The notes: generated from the letters alone by a model not told the origin. A stretch of 64,000 nucleotides of DNA from Mycobacteriales bacterium (GCA_038256525.1 JBBSKF010000002.1:6563-70562); one strand, 5' to 3'; shown: positions 46,936-55,809, numbered from the stretch's first letter. A program made the numbers and translations.

Positions 46936-47627
46936 TCGTCCTCCCCAAGACCGAGAGTCGGGTAGCGATCACGAAGCATGCCTCGGCAGATGCCGCTGTT
47001 GGCCTCGGCGCCGACGCGGGTCAGTCGTGCCTTGCGAAGGTGCAGCGGCAGAGCGGCCACACCGACCGCCTCGCCGCTCACCGGGTCGATCAGCAGCGGG
47101 CTGCCGTCGTCGGCGGGCAGGCCCAACTCGGCCCGCCGGGCCCGCAGGCGCTCGCGGTCCGCTGACGGCGGGGCCTCACCCAGGGTGAGACCGGCCAGCT
47201 CCTCACCGGTGCGCCCGGCGGCGAGCAGCGGCCGGCAGACCCGGTCGGTGCCCGCGAGGACCGCCTTGCGGATGAAGTCGATCCGCAGGCCGTCGAGCTC
47301 GGCGTCCGCGAGCGCCCCGAAGGACGCCACGAAGCCGGACCGGGCCGCAACACCGCTGTTGATCGCCTCCGACGCGAAGTGGTCGTCCAGGACGATCTCG
47401 GTCCGCCGCACCCCGGCGACGCCACTGACCGCCTCGTAGGCGTCGGCCACCATGAGGAAGGCGAAGTTCGGCGCGCAGAAGTAGGTGGGCAGCCGCAGGT
47501 GCACGTCCGCCACCCCGTCCGTGGACACGGTGCACGAGGCGACGAACCCCAGCGAGGTGACGGGCTCGTCCAACTCGGGATCGCGCACCGTGTCCAGCGC
47601 GGCGAGCACGGAGGCCGCGTCGATCAC
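46932..47627 (-). CDS. DUF59 (MIP18/SufT-like) domain protein of the monooxygenase cluster
   Basis: C-terminal 231 aa of track ORF 46932-47885: VIDAASVLAALDTVRDPELDEPVTSLGFVASCTVSTDGVADVHLRLPTYFCAPNFAFLM... GTG at 47625-47627, 10 nt after the amidohydrolase stop and preceded by AGGGGG. Confidence 0.75.
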   Translation of the reverse strand: MIDAASVLAALDTVRDPELDEPVTSLGFVASCTVSTDGVADVHLRLPTYFCAPNFAFLMVADAYEAVSGVAGVRRTEIVLDDHFASEAINSGVAARSGFVASFGALADAELDGLRIDFIRKAVLAGTDRVCRPLLAAGRTGEELAGLTLGEAPPSADRERLRARRAELGLPADDGSPLLIDPVSGEAVGVAALPLHLRKARLTRVGAEANSGICRGMLRDRYPTLGLGEDE

Positions 47628-47637
47628 GCGGCCCCCT

Positions 47638-48702
47638 TCACGTGGACGCCCCGACTGTGTCCTCCACCAGCTTCGCGTCGTCCTGGGCAGCGGGGGCACC
47701 CGCCTCGGCCGGCAGTTGGAACTCCACCGGCACCTCAATGTCGTAGAGCTTCGCGGCGTTGAGTCCGAGGATCTTCTTCTTGGTCGCCACGTTGACCCGT
47801 GGGTAGTCCGAGAACTCATCGCTGGGGTAGTCCCAGTCGACGAACCCCTCGACCTGCCACTTGGGTTCCCAGATGCCGTAGTCACTGCCGAAGGTCATCT
47901 TGTCCTCGCCGACCCAGAACAGCAGCTCACCCATCACCTTGGCGAAGAACTTCGGCCGGGCATGCATGAGTCCGCCGATGACCACCGAAAGTCCGGCGTA
48001 GACGTTCGGCTCCTGCGTCGCCATGAAGCAGAAGTCCTCGATACGGGGCAGCCCGACGTGCTCCACGATGAAGTTGAGGTCCGGGAAATCGGTCGCCGCG
48101 TGGTCGACGTCCGAGACATCGAACGCGTCCTTGTCCAGCGGCCAGATGGTCGGCCCCTTGTGAACGTGGATGTTCTTGACCCCGAGCTCCTGGGCCCGCT
48201 CCAGGAAGCGGTAGGACTCCGGGTCCTTCAGAGTCCAGCCGCGGGAGCCGTCGAGCCACTCGGCGGTGTAGAGCTTGACGCCCTTGGGCTGCCAGCGGGC
48301 GACGTTGTCCTCGAACTCCTTCATCGCAGCGTCGCCGCCGCGCGGCTCGAAGCGGCTGTTGACGATGAACTTGCCCGGGTGCTTCTCCGACAGGGCGCCG
48401 TTGCGCTCGGTGGTGTTGAAGCCCTCGGTGTACCAGGACTTCAGGTAGGTCGGCTGGAAGATCGCGACGTCGACGTGCCCGTCCTCGAAGACGTCCTTCA
48501 TCAGGCCCTCTTCGGAGTACTTCTGGAAGCGGTCGATCGGCCAGTGCGTCTCGGCCGGACCCAGCGACTGGTAGGCGTGGAAGCAGTCGATCCACCCCTT
48601 CGCGAAGTTCTCCTGCCCGGCCACCCAGTTCGTCGGGCTCGCGTCCCAGTAGTGCATGTGGCTGTCCACCACGAAGTACTTCTCGCCGTCCTTTTCGTAC
48701 AC
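47638..48702 (-). CDS. Amidohydrolase-2 family metal hydrolase (SDIMO cluster accessory)
   Basis: C-terminal 354 aa of track ORF 47638-49338: VYEKDGEKYFVVDSHMHYWDAS... (HxH metal site), ...NIHVHKG..., ...FGSDYG... GTG start at 48700-48702 preceded by GAGGAGGAA. Confidence 0.85.
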   Translation of the reverse strand: MYEKDGEKYFVVDSHMHYWDASPTNWVAGQENFAKGWIDCFHAYQSLGPAETHWPIDRFQKYSEEGLMKDVFEDGHVDVAIFQPTYLKSWYTEGFNTTERNGALSEKHPGKFIVNSRFEPRGGDAAMKEFEDNVARWQPKGVKLYTAEWLDGSRGWTLKDPESYRFLERAQELGVKNIHVHKGPTIWPLDKDAFDVSDVDHAATDFPDLNFIVEHVGLPRIEDFCFMATQEPNVYAGLSVVIGGLMHARPKFFAKVMGELLFWVGEDKMTFGSDYGIWEPKWQVEGFVDWDYPSDEFSDYPRVNVATKKKILGLNAAKLYDIEVPVEFQLPAEAGAPAAQDDAKLVEDTVGAST

Positions 48703-48755
48703 CGTTTCCTCCTCGGGTCGTGCGTCGGGCAAGCCTACGTCCGGGCGTACGACGC

Positions 48756-49127
48756 TCAGTTCTTGATGGGCAGATCCCAGCCGAGATACTCGGCGGCGTC
48801 CTCGGGACTGGCGAACATGATGGTCCGGTCGTCCTCGTGGACCATCTTGCCGTAGTGGGTCGACATGTTCTCCTCGAACTGAGCTGCGTCGAACCAGTCC
48901 TCCTCCTCGCCCAGCGCCTCGGAGATGTCGGCGTAGACGAAGTCCATCCGGGTCACCGCGTCCACGCGGATCATCGAGGGGAGCGGGGTCACGATCACCC
49001 CGTCCTGCTGCTTCATGACCTTCGCCATGACGACCCCGACCTGGTTGTTCATCAGGGTCACGCCGCACTTTCCTGACGCGGTGTTGTCGGACGCGAACGG
49101 GCTGGTGTTGGTGGTGGCGGTGCTCAC
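48756..49127 (-). CDS. prmD: SDIMO coupling/effector protein (MmoB/DmpM family; PrmD/MimD-like)
   Basis: C-terminal 123 aa of track ORF 48756-49301: VSTATTNTSPFASDNTASGKCGVTLMNNQVGVVMAKVMKQQDGVIVTPLPSMIRVDAVTRMDFVYADISEALGEEEDWF... GTG at 49125-49127 is preceded by AAGGAG and overlaps the beta-subunit stop (GTGA). Confidence 0.85.
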   Translation of the reverse strand: MSTATTNTSPFASDNTASGKCGVTLMNNQVGVVMAKVMKQQDGVIVTPLPSMIRVDAVTRMDFVYADISEALGEEEDWFDAAQFEENMSTHYGKMVHEDDRTIMFASPEDAAEYLGWDLPIKN

Positions 49128-50302
49128 AGGGAGAGCTCCTTCGGGGTGTCGAGGCCGAGGTCGGCGAGGATGCCGCTGAAGCGGTTCTTGCACTGGTCCA
49201 GGCCGTCCTCGAAGCGCGGCGGCTTGGAGTCTGGCTGCGACCACAGCGGCGACATGGCGCGGGCCGCCTCCAGGCAGCGCGGGACCCACACGGACAGCCA
49301 CTGCTGCATGGTCGCCTTGTTGTGGTCGGCGAACTCACGGTCGTTGGTGAGCAGCTCGAACAGCGCGGTCGTGTAGCGCAGGTCGCGGGTGGCGTAGTCG
49401 AGCTCGCCCGCGCCCATGACGGTCGGGGTGACGAAGTCGCCGTTGCGCGGCGCGGCCTGCTGGACGAGGTGGCTGCGGAACAGCTCCCCGATCAACGGCT
49501 CGAACACGACGTTGACGGCGAAGATGGCCTCTGCCCAGTCGTCGACGCAGGTGAGCTGCTCGGCCACCTTGCGGACACCCTGCCAGGCGGGGTCGCTGTT
49601 CCACGCCTCGAGGTGCGCGGCACCGTCGAAGCCCTCGATCTCCTCGGTGAGCGTGAGGTTGTAGAGCGCCAGGTCCTGCGCCGTCCGGATGCGGTGCATG
49701 CTGTTCACCGACACCGCGTTGTTGTGCATGTTGGTCGGGCAGCGCCGCTGGGCGTTGGCGAAGACGTACAGGCCCAGGCCGTGCTCGACGTGCATCCAGG
49801 CGCCGACGTGGCTCTCCACGAACAGCTTCCAGTTCGGGTTCCACTGCTCGAAGGCCTTGGTCTGCCGCGCGGCGTCGACGTTCGCGCTGATCTGCCGGAC
49901 GACGTTGGAGTTGTACTTGTAGAACGTGAGCTCCCACTCCTCGTTGGGGTCGCGGAACTCGTGCCAGCCGTGCGCGGGCCAGTCATAGCCCTTGCCGCCG
50001 GATCCGGGGAAGCGCTCGGGCACCGGACGGTCCGAACCCCACGCCTTGAGCGCGGTCCACTCCAGCGGATAGCCGCCCGTACCGTCGGCGAAACCGTAGA
50101 TCCAGCCTTGGGCGAGGTAGTGCCGCGGGTCGGGCTGCACCTCAACGGTCACGTCTTCGTAGTGCGTCTGCTTGCGCTTCTGCGGGACGAAGTAGTTGTA
50201 GTTGCGCGCGGTGGAGTCGGGGAACTCCTTCGCCCCGGCCTCGGCGTCCGTGAACTCGGGCTTCGGGAGGCTGCGCTCGGTGGTCTGCTCGGCAGTCGTC
50301 AT
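49124..50302 (-). CDS. prmC: SDIMO hydroxylase small (beta) subunit (PrmC/MimC-like)
   Basis: 392-aa track ORF in the expected position. The ATG overlaps the reductase stop (ATGA). The sequence resembles the hydroxylase beta subunits of propane/phenol-type SDIMOs as I recall them. Confidence 0.85.
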   Translation of the reverse strand: MTTAEQTTERSLPKPEFTDAEAGAKEFPDSTARNYNYFVPQKRKQTHYEDVTVEVQPDPRHYLAQGWIYGFADGTGGYPLEWTALKAWGSDRPVPERFPGSGGKGYDWPAHGWHEFRDPNEEWELTFYKYNSNVVRQISANVDAARQTKAFEQWNPNWKLFVESHVGAWMHVEHGLGLYVFANAQRRCPTNMHNNAVSVNSMHRIRTAQDLALYNLTLTEEIEGFDGAAHLEAWNSDPAWQGVRKVAEQLTCVDDWAEAIFAVNVVFEPLIGELFRSHLVQQAAPRNGDFVTPTVMGAGELDYATRDLRYTTALFELLTNDREFADHNKATMQQWLSVWVPRCLEAARAMSPLWSQPDSKPPRFEDGLDQCKNRFSGILADLGLDTPKELSL

Positions 50303-51369
50303 GTGGCCAAACTTCCTGTCGCTGGAGTGTTCGCGGATTCGCCGGTGGTGGTGAACTTGTCGTAGAAGATGCGTCCTTCGAGGGCGCCGAGGTCAGCGAG
50401 CACCGCGATCGCGGCCTCGACCATCGGCGGCGGCCCGCAGACGTAGGCGTCCGTGCGCCGCAGATCGTGCTCGTGCTTGCGCACGACGTCCGTGATCATG
50501 CCGACCTCGCCGTCCCAGGCGTCGTCGGGGCCCGGCTCGGACAGCGCCGGCACGTAGGTGAAGTTCGGCAGCGCCTCCTGGAGGGAGTGCAGCTCGGCCT
50601 CGAAGCACAGGTCGCGTCGACCGCGCGCGCCGTAGTAATAGGTGGCCTTGCGCTGCGGGTCCCGCTCGGCAAGCGAGCGCAGGACCGACAGGATCGGCGC
50701 CATGCCCGCCCCCCCGCCGACGAAGACGAGCTCGTTGGGGCTGTCCCGCAAGGTGAAGACGCCGAACGGTCCGGTCAGCGGAAGCTCGTCGCCGATGGCC
50801 ACCTTGCTGGCCAGGAACTCCGAGAAGAAGCCGCCCGGATAGCACTTGATGATGAACTCGAGCTGACCGCTGTCCTTCGCCGAGATGTTCGACATCGAGA
50901 AGGACCGGGTGGCCTCTTCGCCCGGGACGCCGATGTCGACGTACTGCCCCGGGAAGAAGCGGAAGTCCTCGATGTCCTTCAGGGCCAGCACGAGGTGGCG
51001 CATGTCGTGCGTCACGGCGTCGTTCGAGACGACCGTGCCCACGGCGCTCTGGATCGGCAGGCCGGAGCGAATCATCTCCTCGTCGTAGTTCAGGAGCTCG
51101 ATCGTCACGTCCTCGTAGACGTGGGCCCGGCACAGCAGCGTGAAGCCCTCGTCCTTCTCGCTGTCGGGCAGCGCGAAGGTGGAGTAGCTGTCGTGCTCGA
51201 CGTCCTCACCCTCGAGCAGGAAGGACTTGCACGCGGCGCACTGTCCCTCCTTGCAGCCGTGCATGAGCATGATCCCCTGCTCGGCCGCCGCCCGCAGAAC
51301 CGTCTGCGACTCGTCGACCTCGATCTCGATGCCGACCGGCTCGAACCGCACGGTGTGCTTGTCGGCCAT
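50299..51369 (-). CDS. prmB: SDIMO NADH oxidoreductase: plant-type [2Fe-2S] ferredoxin + FAD/NAD(P)-binding domains (PrmB/MimB-like)
   Basis: 356-aa track ORF: ...MHGCKEGQCAACKSFLLEG...LLCRA (Cx4Cx2C...C), RSFSMSN (RxYS-type FAD motif), VFVGGGAGMAP (NAD-binding). Confidence 0.9.
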   Translation of the reverse strand: MADKHTVRFEPVGIEIEVDESQTVLRAAAEQGIMLMHGCKEGQCAACKSFLLEGEDVEHDSYSTFALPDSEKDEGFTLLCRAHVYEDVTIELLNYDEEMIRSGLPIQSAVGTVVSNDAVTHDMRHLVLALKDIEDFRFFPGQYVDIGVPGEEATRSFSMSNISAKDSGQLEFIIKCYPGGFFSEFLASKVAIGDELPLTGPFGVFTLRDSPNELVFVGGGAGMAPILSVLRSLAERDPQRKATYYYGARGRRDLCFEAELHSLQEALPNFTYVPALSEPGPDDAWDGEVGMITDVVRKHEHDLRRTDAYVCGPPPMVEAAIAVLADLGALEGRIFYDKFTTTGESANTPATGSLAT

Positions 51370-51420
51370 GGCTCCTCGCTCGGGTCGCTGGGGGGTCGCT
51401 GGGGGGACGCGGTGGAGGCG

Positions 51421-51453
51421 GGAGGGCCCGGGACTCGAGGTTCCGGGCCCTCC
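51421..51453 (-). promoter_or_regulatory. Strong intercistronic hairpin (11-bp G+C stem) between the alpha-subunit and reductase genes
   Basis: ggagggcccgg-gactcgaggtt-ccgggccctcc at 51421-51453. The adjacent tandem tcgctgggggg x2 (about 51385-51406) lies just upstream of the prmB GAGGAG RBS. Could be an mRNA processing/stability element or a partial terminator. Confidence 0.45.
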
Positions 51454-51471
51454 TCGCCGATCTCGTGCCGG

Positions 51472-53121
51472 TCAGGCCTTGACGGGGGCCTTGCCGGCAG
51501 GGCCGTGCGCGGTGTAGTCCGCGTGGAAGGCCTTCTGCTCGTCCTTGCTCATCTCGTTCAGCAGGACGTTCGGGCTCTGCAGCGGTGGGCACCGACGCAT
51601 GTGGTCCAGAGTCCACATCTTCTTCGGGTCGAGATTGAGATGCGGCTGGGCGACCAGCGTCTTGCCGTCGTCGCGGACGTAGCCCATGTCGGAGATGACG
51701 TCGGCCCAGTTCCAGCCGTGGTACAGCGTCTCCCACTCGCGCTTGCCGATGAGCCGGCCCATGCTCGGGGTGTCCCGACCGTGGAAGGTCGGCCGGAACG
51801 CCACCGTGTCGGTCCACTTGCACGCCTCGTGGCAGTAGGTGCGCGTCTGCCCGTCGACGTCGGCCATGACCATGTCCTCACGGACGAGGCACGGCACCAT
51901 GCAGGTCCAGCAGCGGTGCGGGTAGGCGTAGTCCACGTCCTCGAAGACGATCGGGTTGTGCCCGTTCGGCATCGACAGCCGGTTGTAGTTCTCCCACCAC
52001 GCGCCGTACTTGGCGTACCAGCCCGGGTACTTGTACTCGAACCACTCGAAGTCCTTGTCCGTCATCGGGTCCATGCGCCAGTAGTTGGCGACCCACCCGG
52101 TGCAGAAGAACTGGGCGACCTCGTGCACGTAGCCCTTGTTCCAGATCTGGTTCCAGGACTCCTCGATCAGGTCGTGCGGGATGACCAGGCCGTACTTCTC
52201 GAGCGGAACCAGGTAGCTGCGGTAGTAGTCGTCGTAGATCCAGCGACGCCACATCTCCGCGTAGCTCTCGCGGTCCTTGCGACGGTCCTTCGTGCCGTAC
52301 TCGATGAAGGTCCCGATGGCCGCATCGACGACGCGGTGGTTGTTCCACCAGGCGTAGCGCAGGTCGCGCTCGAGCAGCTCGTGGTTGCCCTCGTCGGCCA
52401 GGGCCATCAGCAGGGTGGCGTAGCCGTTGCTGATGTGCCGTGACTCGTCGGACTGCACGGAGTGGAAGACGGTCGGCAGCAGGTAGTCGCCGTTGGCGGC
52501 GGCCTCGGCCGGCATGGCGACGAACAGCGTGTTGGTGAAGGCCGTCTCGGCGACGATGGTGAGGTAGATGCTGGCCGCCGTGATGGCGTCGCCGGTGATG
52601 AACCCCTCGGCGAACTGCCGGCCGATCGTGCCGCAGTAGTCGTTCTGGAAGTTCCGCAGGCTGCTGTTGAACCCGGCCGGGTCGATGTAGTTGTTCATGT
52701 AGAGGCGCTTCAGGTTCTGCTGGATCGTCGAGTGGCGCACCTCGTCGATCATCTGAATCGCCTGACCGTTGTGCAGCTCCGGGTTCGGCACGTTGTTGAA
52801 CAGCAGCGGCATCGCGCGGGCCGCGGAGATCTCCGGCAGCGGGATGATCGACAGGAAGAGCTTCTGCCACTCCAGCCAGCGCTCCTGCACCTGGCGGAAC
52901 ATGTTGCCCCGGATCGCCCCGTCGGACGCGCCGTAGACCCGGCTGTCCTTCTCCTCCTGCATCGGGAAGTACGACCGCAGGACCTGCTTGAGCGGGTCCT
53001 TCTTCTTGGCCTTCGAGAAGGTGTAATCAGTTCCGTACTGGGACACGGGCTCGTGGTACAGGGGCTCCCATGCAAGCTCCTGGATCTTCTGGTGGGCCTT
53101 GGCCACACTCTGGCGACTCAT
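51472..53121 (-). CDS. prmA: SDIMO hydroxylase large (alpha) subunit, propane/phenol/acetone 2-monooxygenase type (PrmA/MimA-like)
   Basis: Track ORF 51472-53202 trimmed to [20 protein letters not shown]... (ATG 53119-53121, GAGAGGAA 5 nt upstream). Di-iron ligand motifs: [11 protein letters not shown] (E..H) and [13 protein letters not shown] (E..H). It aligns along its length with PrmA/MimA sequences as I remember them. Confidence 0.93.
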   Translation of the reverse strand: MSRQSVAKAHQKIQELAWEPLYHEPVSQYGTDYTFSKAKKKDPLKQVLRSYFPMQEEKDSRVYGASDGAIRGNMFRQVQERWLEWQKLFLSIIPLPEISAARAMPLLFNNVPNPELHNGQAIQMIDEVRHSTIQQNLKRLYMNNYIDPAGFNSSLRNFQNDYCGTIGRQFAEGFITGDAITAASIYLTIVAETAFTNTLFVAMPAEAAANGDYLLPTVFHSVQSDESRHISNGYATLLMALADEGNHELLERDLRYAWWNNHRVVDAAIGTFIEYGTKDRRKDRESYAEMWRRWIYDDYYRSYLVPLEKYGLVIPHDLIEESWNQIWNKGYVHEVAQFFCTGWVANYWRMDPMTDKDFEWFEYKYPGWYAKYGAWWENYNRLSMPNGHNPIVFEDVDYAYPHRCWTCMVPCLVREDMVMADVDGQTRTYCHEACKWTDTVAFRPTFHGRDTPSMGRLIGKREWETLYHGWNWADVISDMGYVRDDGKTLVAQPHLNLDPKKMWTLDHMRRCPPLQSPNVLLNEMSKDEQKAFHADYTAHGPAGKAPVKA

Positions 53122-53182
53122 AAGCATTCCTCTCGGTCGACTGCCTCGCTGCCGCCCATCACACCCGAGCTGGAAGCGTTCT

Positions 53183-53203
53183 GGGGTCTCACTCTGAGAC
53201 ACC
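53183..53203. promoter_or_regulatory. Palindrome GGGGTCTCA-CTC-TGAGACACC upstream of prmA (candidate operator/activator site 1)
   Basis: 9-nt arms with 1 mismatch and a 3-nt spacer. It lies in the 96-nt gap between the 80-aa ORF stop and the prmA start. It is related to the second site at 53547-53567. Confidence 0.45.
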
Positions 53204-53217
53204 CGGAGTGGCCCGGG

Positions 53218-53460
53218 TCACTTCTCGCCGAGCACCGCCTCGCGGATGGTCGCCAGATGGTCGCGTACGTCCCGCATGACCTGGCGGTTGCCCTCCGCGT
53301 CCGGCTGGATGCCGAAAGCGCGCAGGAGGTCGGCCGCCGGCTTGCCAGGATCACCCGCGTTGCCGAGGACGGGGTGCAGACCCTCCTTGGCGAGCTGGTG
53401 GAAGACGAGATTGACTACGGTCCAAGGGTTGTACGTCTCGGCCGCGCTGGGATCGGGCAT
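53218..53460 (-). CDS. Small hypothetical protein (80 aa), first gene of the monooxygenase transcription unit
   Basis: Tail of track ORF 53218-54003: MPDPSAAETYNPWTVVNLVFHQLAKEGLHPVLGNAGDPGKPAADLLRAFGIQPDAEGNRQVMRDVRDHLATIREAVLGEK. ATG at 53458-53460 with GGAGG 7 nt upstream. High GC3. Confidence 0.6.
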   Translation of the reverse strand: MPDPSAAETYNPWTVVNLVFHQLAKEGLHPVLGNAGDPGKPAADLLRAFGIQPDAEGNRQVMRDVRDHLATIREAVLGEK

Positions 53461-53546
53461 CGGAGCACCTCCGCGTCTGTCGGGCGGCCGGTCGTCTGAA
53501 CAGGCGTCCGGCGCGAGATACCGTCCTACCTCGGCTCGACCGCAAG

Positions 53547-53567
53547 GGTGTCTCAATCTGAAACACT
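53547..53567. promoter_or_regulatory. Palindrome GGTGTCTCA-ATC-TGAAACACT in the divergent regulator/operon intergenic region (candidate site 2)
   Basis: Same half-site (GGTGTCTCA) and 3-nt spacer as site 1. It lies about 87 nt from both the 80-aa ORF start (53460) and the regulator start (53654). Confidence 0.45.
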
Positions 53568-53653
53568 CCGAGGTCCGGTTCCGGCGGTTACCTTGGTTGC
53601 CACCACGTGAACGGGGAGTTCCCTCCGCGTTGCGCACACAGTCAGAGGACGCC

Positions 53654-55468
53654 ATGAACCGCGACCACACCGCTCTCGAGACAGATGCCCCCGGGCTGGC
53701 CAGGGCGCGGGAGAACTTCCTGCGCGTGGACTCCACCGATCCGCCGGGAGTGCGCCAGGCCATCCTTGCCTCCTGGTGGCGATCCCGGGAGTCCAACGTG
53801 GCGGCGGACCGACTCGAGCTCCAGTACGTGCGTGACCCCAATCTGGACACCCCCCTGACCCGGAGCGCCGAACCGGTGCTGCGTCGGCTGCGCGAGCAGC
53901 TCGACGGCCAGCCGCTGAGCATCGTGCTGACCGACCCGGCCGGCGTGGTGCTGAGCCGGCTGACGGCGGACGCTGTCCTCGAGCGCCACCTCGACAAGGT
54001 CAACCTCGCTCCTGGCTTCAGCTACGCCGAAGGCGTCGTCGGGACCAACGGCATCGGCACGGCACTGGAAGCCGGGCGGGCCATGCACGTCTTCGGCCAC
54101 GAGCACTACGCGGAGAACCTCGAGAGCCTCGCCTGCGCAGGCGTGCCGATCCGCCACCCGATGTCGGGCAAAACCGTGGGCGTGCTCGACCTGACCTGCT
54201 GGCGACGCGACGCCGGACCGCTGCTGATGACACTCGCCAAGACCACAGCCGAGCAGATCCGGCAGGCTCTGCTCACCGAGACGGGGATGCGCGAGATCGA
54301 GCTCCTGCACGCCTACCGACGGGCCTGCCGGACCAACACCGGGATGGTCTTCGCGCTCAACAACGACGTGGTCATGATGAACGAGAAAGCGCGAACAACA
54401 CTGAAGCCGGGGGACCAGTCGGCCCTGCTCCGCCATGCCGCGGAAGGGCTGTCCGACCGTCGCGAGTCGGCCTCGGTGGAGCTCCCCTCCGGTGTCCAGG
54501 TGCGACTGCACACCCGAGCGGTGCCGGGCGACGGAGGTGTCGCCGGCGTCGTCGTGGACGTGAAGGTGGTCGAGACCGACACCTCCACCTCCACCTCCGG
54601 CGTCCCAGGCCTCCCCGCGCCCGCCCGCACCGCCTCCGCGCGCATGCTGCTGCCCGGGCTCATCGGGTCCAGTCCGCTGTGGCGGCGCGCGTGCGCCGAC
54701 GTCGAGGGCGGCTACCGCTCCGGCGCCTGGCTGGTCGTCGAAGGTGAGGGCGGAACGGGGAAGGCAGCCCTGCTGCAGGCCATGCACCAGCGGGTGAACC
54801 CCTCGGGGCGCTACTGCCTGCTCGAGCCGGCCGTCGGTGGGGACAGCGCGTGGCTGAAGCACGCCCGTCGGACGCTTGCGGACAGCGACGGCACGATCGT
54901 CCTGCGACATCTGAAACGGCTCCCGACAAGTGCGCTGCGGGTGCTGACCTCAGCGCTGGAAGAGGCCGCCGACCGACAGGCTGCCTGGGTCGCCGTCGCT
55001 GTGGCGCCGGAACCGCCCAGCAAGGAGCTGGAGAGCATGCTGCGCCTGTTCCCGCACACCGTGCAGGTCCCGCCCCTTCGCCACCACATCGAGGACGTGG
55101 AGCAGCTGGTGCCGTTCTTCCTGAACCGGCTCGGCGCCGGCGGGCAGCTGACCTGCTCACCGGAGGCGATGCAGCTGCTGCTGCGCTTCAGCTGGCCCGG
55201 CAACATCGCGCAGGTCCTGGAGACCCTGCGGTGGGTCCGGCGGCACCGGCGCAGCGGCGTGCTGCAGCCCCAGGACCTGCCCCCCGAGATCCAGTCACTC
55301 AGTCGGCACCGGCTCAGCCCCCTCGAGTCCATGGAGCGGGACGCGATCGTGCTGGGACTGCTGGATGCGAGCGGCAACAAGGCGCAGGCGGCCCGGGCTC
55401 TCGGGATGTCCCGGGCGACCATCTACCGAAAGATCCACGAATACGGGATCGTCGGCGCCAACGGCTGA
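53654..55468 (+). CDS. GAF + AAA+ (NtrC/AcoR-type) + Fis-HTH transcriptional activator (MimR-like), with degenerate sigma54-contact and Walker B motifs
   Basis: Track ORF 53246-55468 trimmed to MNRDHTALETD... (ATG 53654, AGAGGA upstream). Walker A VVEGEGGTGKAAL, LPPLRHHIEDVEQLV, SWPGNIAQV, and C-terminal NKAQAARALGMSRATIYRKI (HTH_8). There is no GAFTGA loop, and the Walker B position reads DGTIVLRHL instead of ..LFLDEI. Confidence 0.85.
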   Translation: MNRDHTALETDAPGLARARENFLRVDSTDPPGVRQAILASWWRSRESNVAADRLELQYVRDPNLDTPLTRSAEPVLRRLREQLDGQPLSIVLTDPAGVVLSRLTADAVLERHLDKVNLAPGFSYAEGVVGTNGIGTALEAGRAMHVFGHEHYAENLESLACAGVPIRHPMSGKTVGVLDLTCWRRDAGPLLMTLAKTTAEQIRQALLTETGMREIELLHAYRRACRTNTGMVFALNNDVVMMNEKARTTLKPGDQSALLRHAAEGLSDRRESASVELPSGVQVRLHTRAVPGDGGVAGVVVDVKVVETDTSTSTSGVPGLPAPARTASARMLLPGLIGSSPLWRRACADVEGGYRSGAWLVVEGEGGTGKAALLQAMHQRVNPSGRYCLLEPAVGGDSAWLKHARRTLADSDGTIVLRHLKRLPTSALRVLTSALEEAADRQAAWVAVAVAPEPPSKELESMLRLFPHTVQVPPLRHHIEDVEQLVPFFLNRLGAGGQLTCSPEAMQLLLRFSWPGNIAQVLETLRWVRRHRRSGVLQPQDLPPEIQSLSRHRLSPLESMERDAIVLGLLDASGNKAQAARALGMSRATIYRKIHEYGIVGANG

Positions 55469-55476
55469 TCCAGCCC

Positions 55477-55809
55477 TCAGGTGGGCTCCGTAGGTGCGAG
55501 CTCGGACATCACCGACCATCCGTTGCCCGGCACCTCCACGTTGACGATCTCCGGCGTCGCCGCGAGCGCTGCGGGCATCTGCGACATCGCAGTCCGGAAG
55601 TGCTCGCTCTGCACGTGCGCAGCGCCGGCCTGCTCGGACTCGAAGGCCTCTACGAGCACGAACTGATCTGGATCGTCGACGCTCCGAGACCACTCGAAGA
55701 ACAGGTTTCCCGCTTCCTGGCGCGTGGCTGTCGTGAAGTCCTCTACCAGCGAGAGCCAGTCCTCGCTCCGGTCCGGGCGAATGCTGAACTTGACGACGAT
55801 GAAGATCAT
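55477..55809 (-). CDS. Antibiotic-biosynthesis-monooxygenase (ABM/YgiN-like) domain protein
   Basis: 110-aa track ORF: MIFIVVKFSIRPDRSEDWLSLVEDFTTATRQEAGNLFFEWSRSVDDPDQFVLVEAFESEQAGAAHVQSEHF. This is the typical ferredoxin-like ABM pattern. Confidence 0.8.
   Translation of the reverse strand: MIFIVVKFSIRPDRSEDWLSLVEDFTTATRQEAGNLFFEWSRSVDDPDQFVLVEAFESEQAGAAHVQSEHFRTAMSQMPAALAATPEIVNVEVPGNGWSVMSELAPTEPT

Noticed and set aside
53122-53202. 27-aa N-terminal extension of the alpha subunit in the track ([27 protein letters not shown]...).
   Set aside because: Homologous PrmA/MimA proteins begin MSRQS.... That ATG (53121) has a GAGAGGAA RBS. The extension would also cover palindrome site 1.
53246-53653. 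N-terminal 136 aa of the 740-aa track ORF for the regulator.
   Set aside because: This part overlaps the well-supported 80-aa minus-strand ORF and the palindrome-containing intergenic region, and it translates to Arg/Ser/Pro-rich sequence. An ATG with AGAGGA at 53654 begins the recognisable GAF-type domain.
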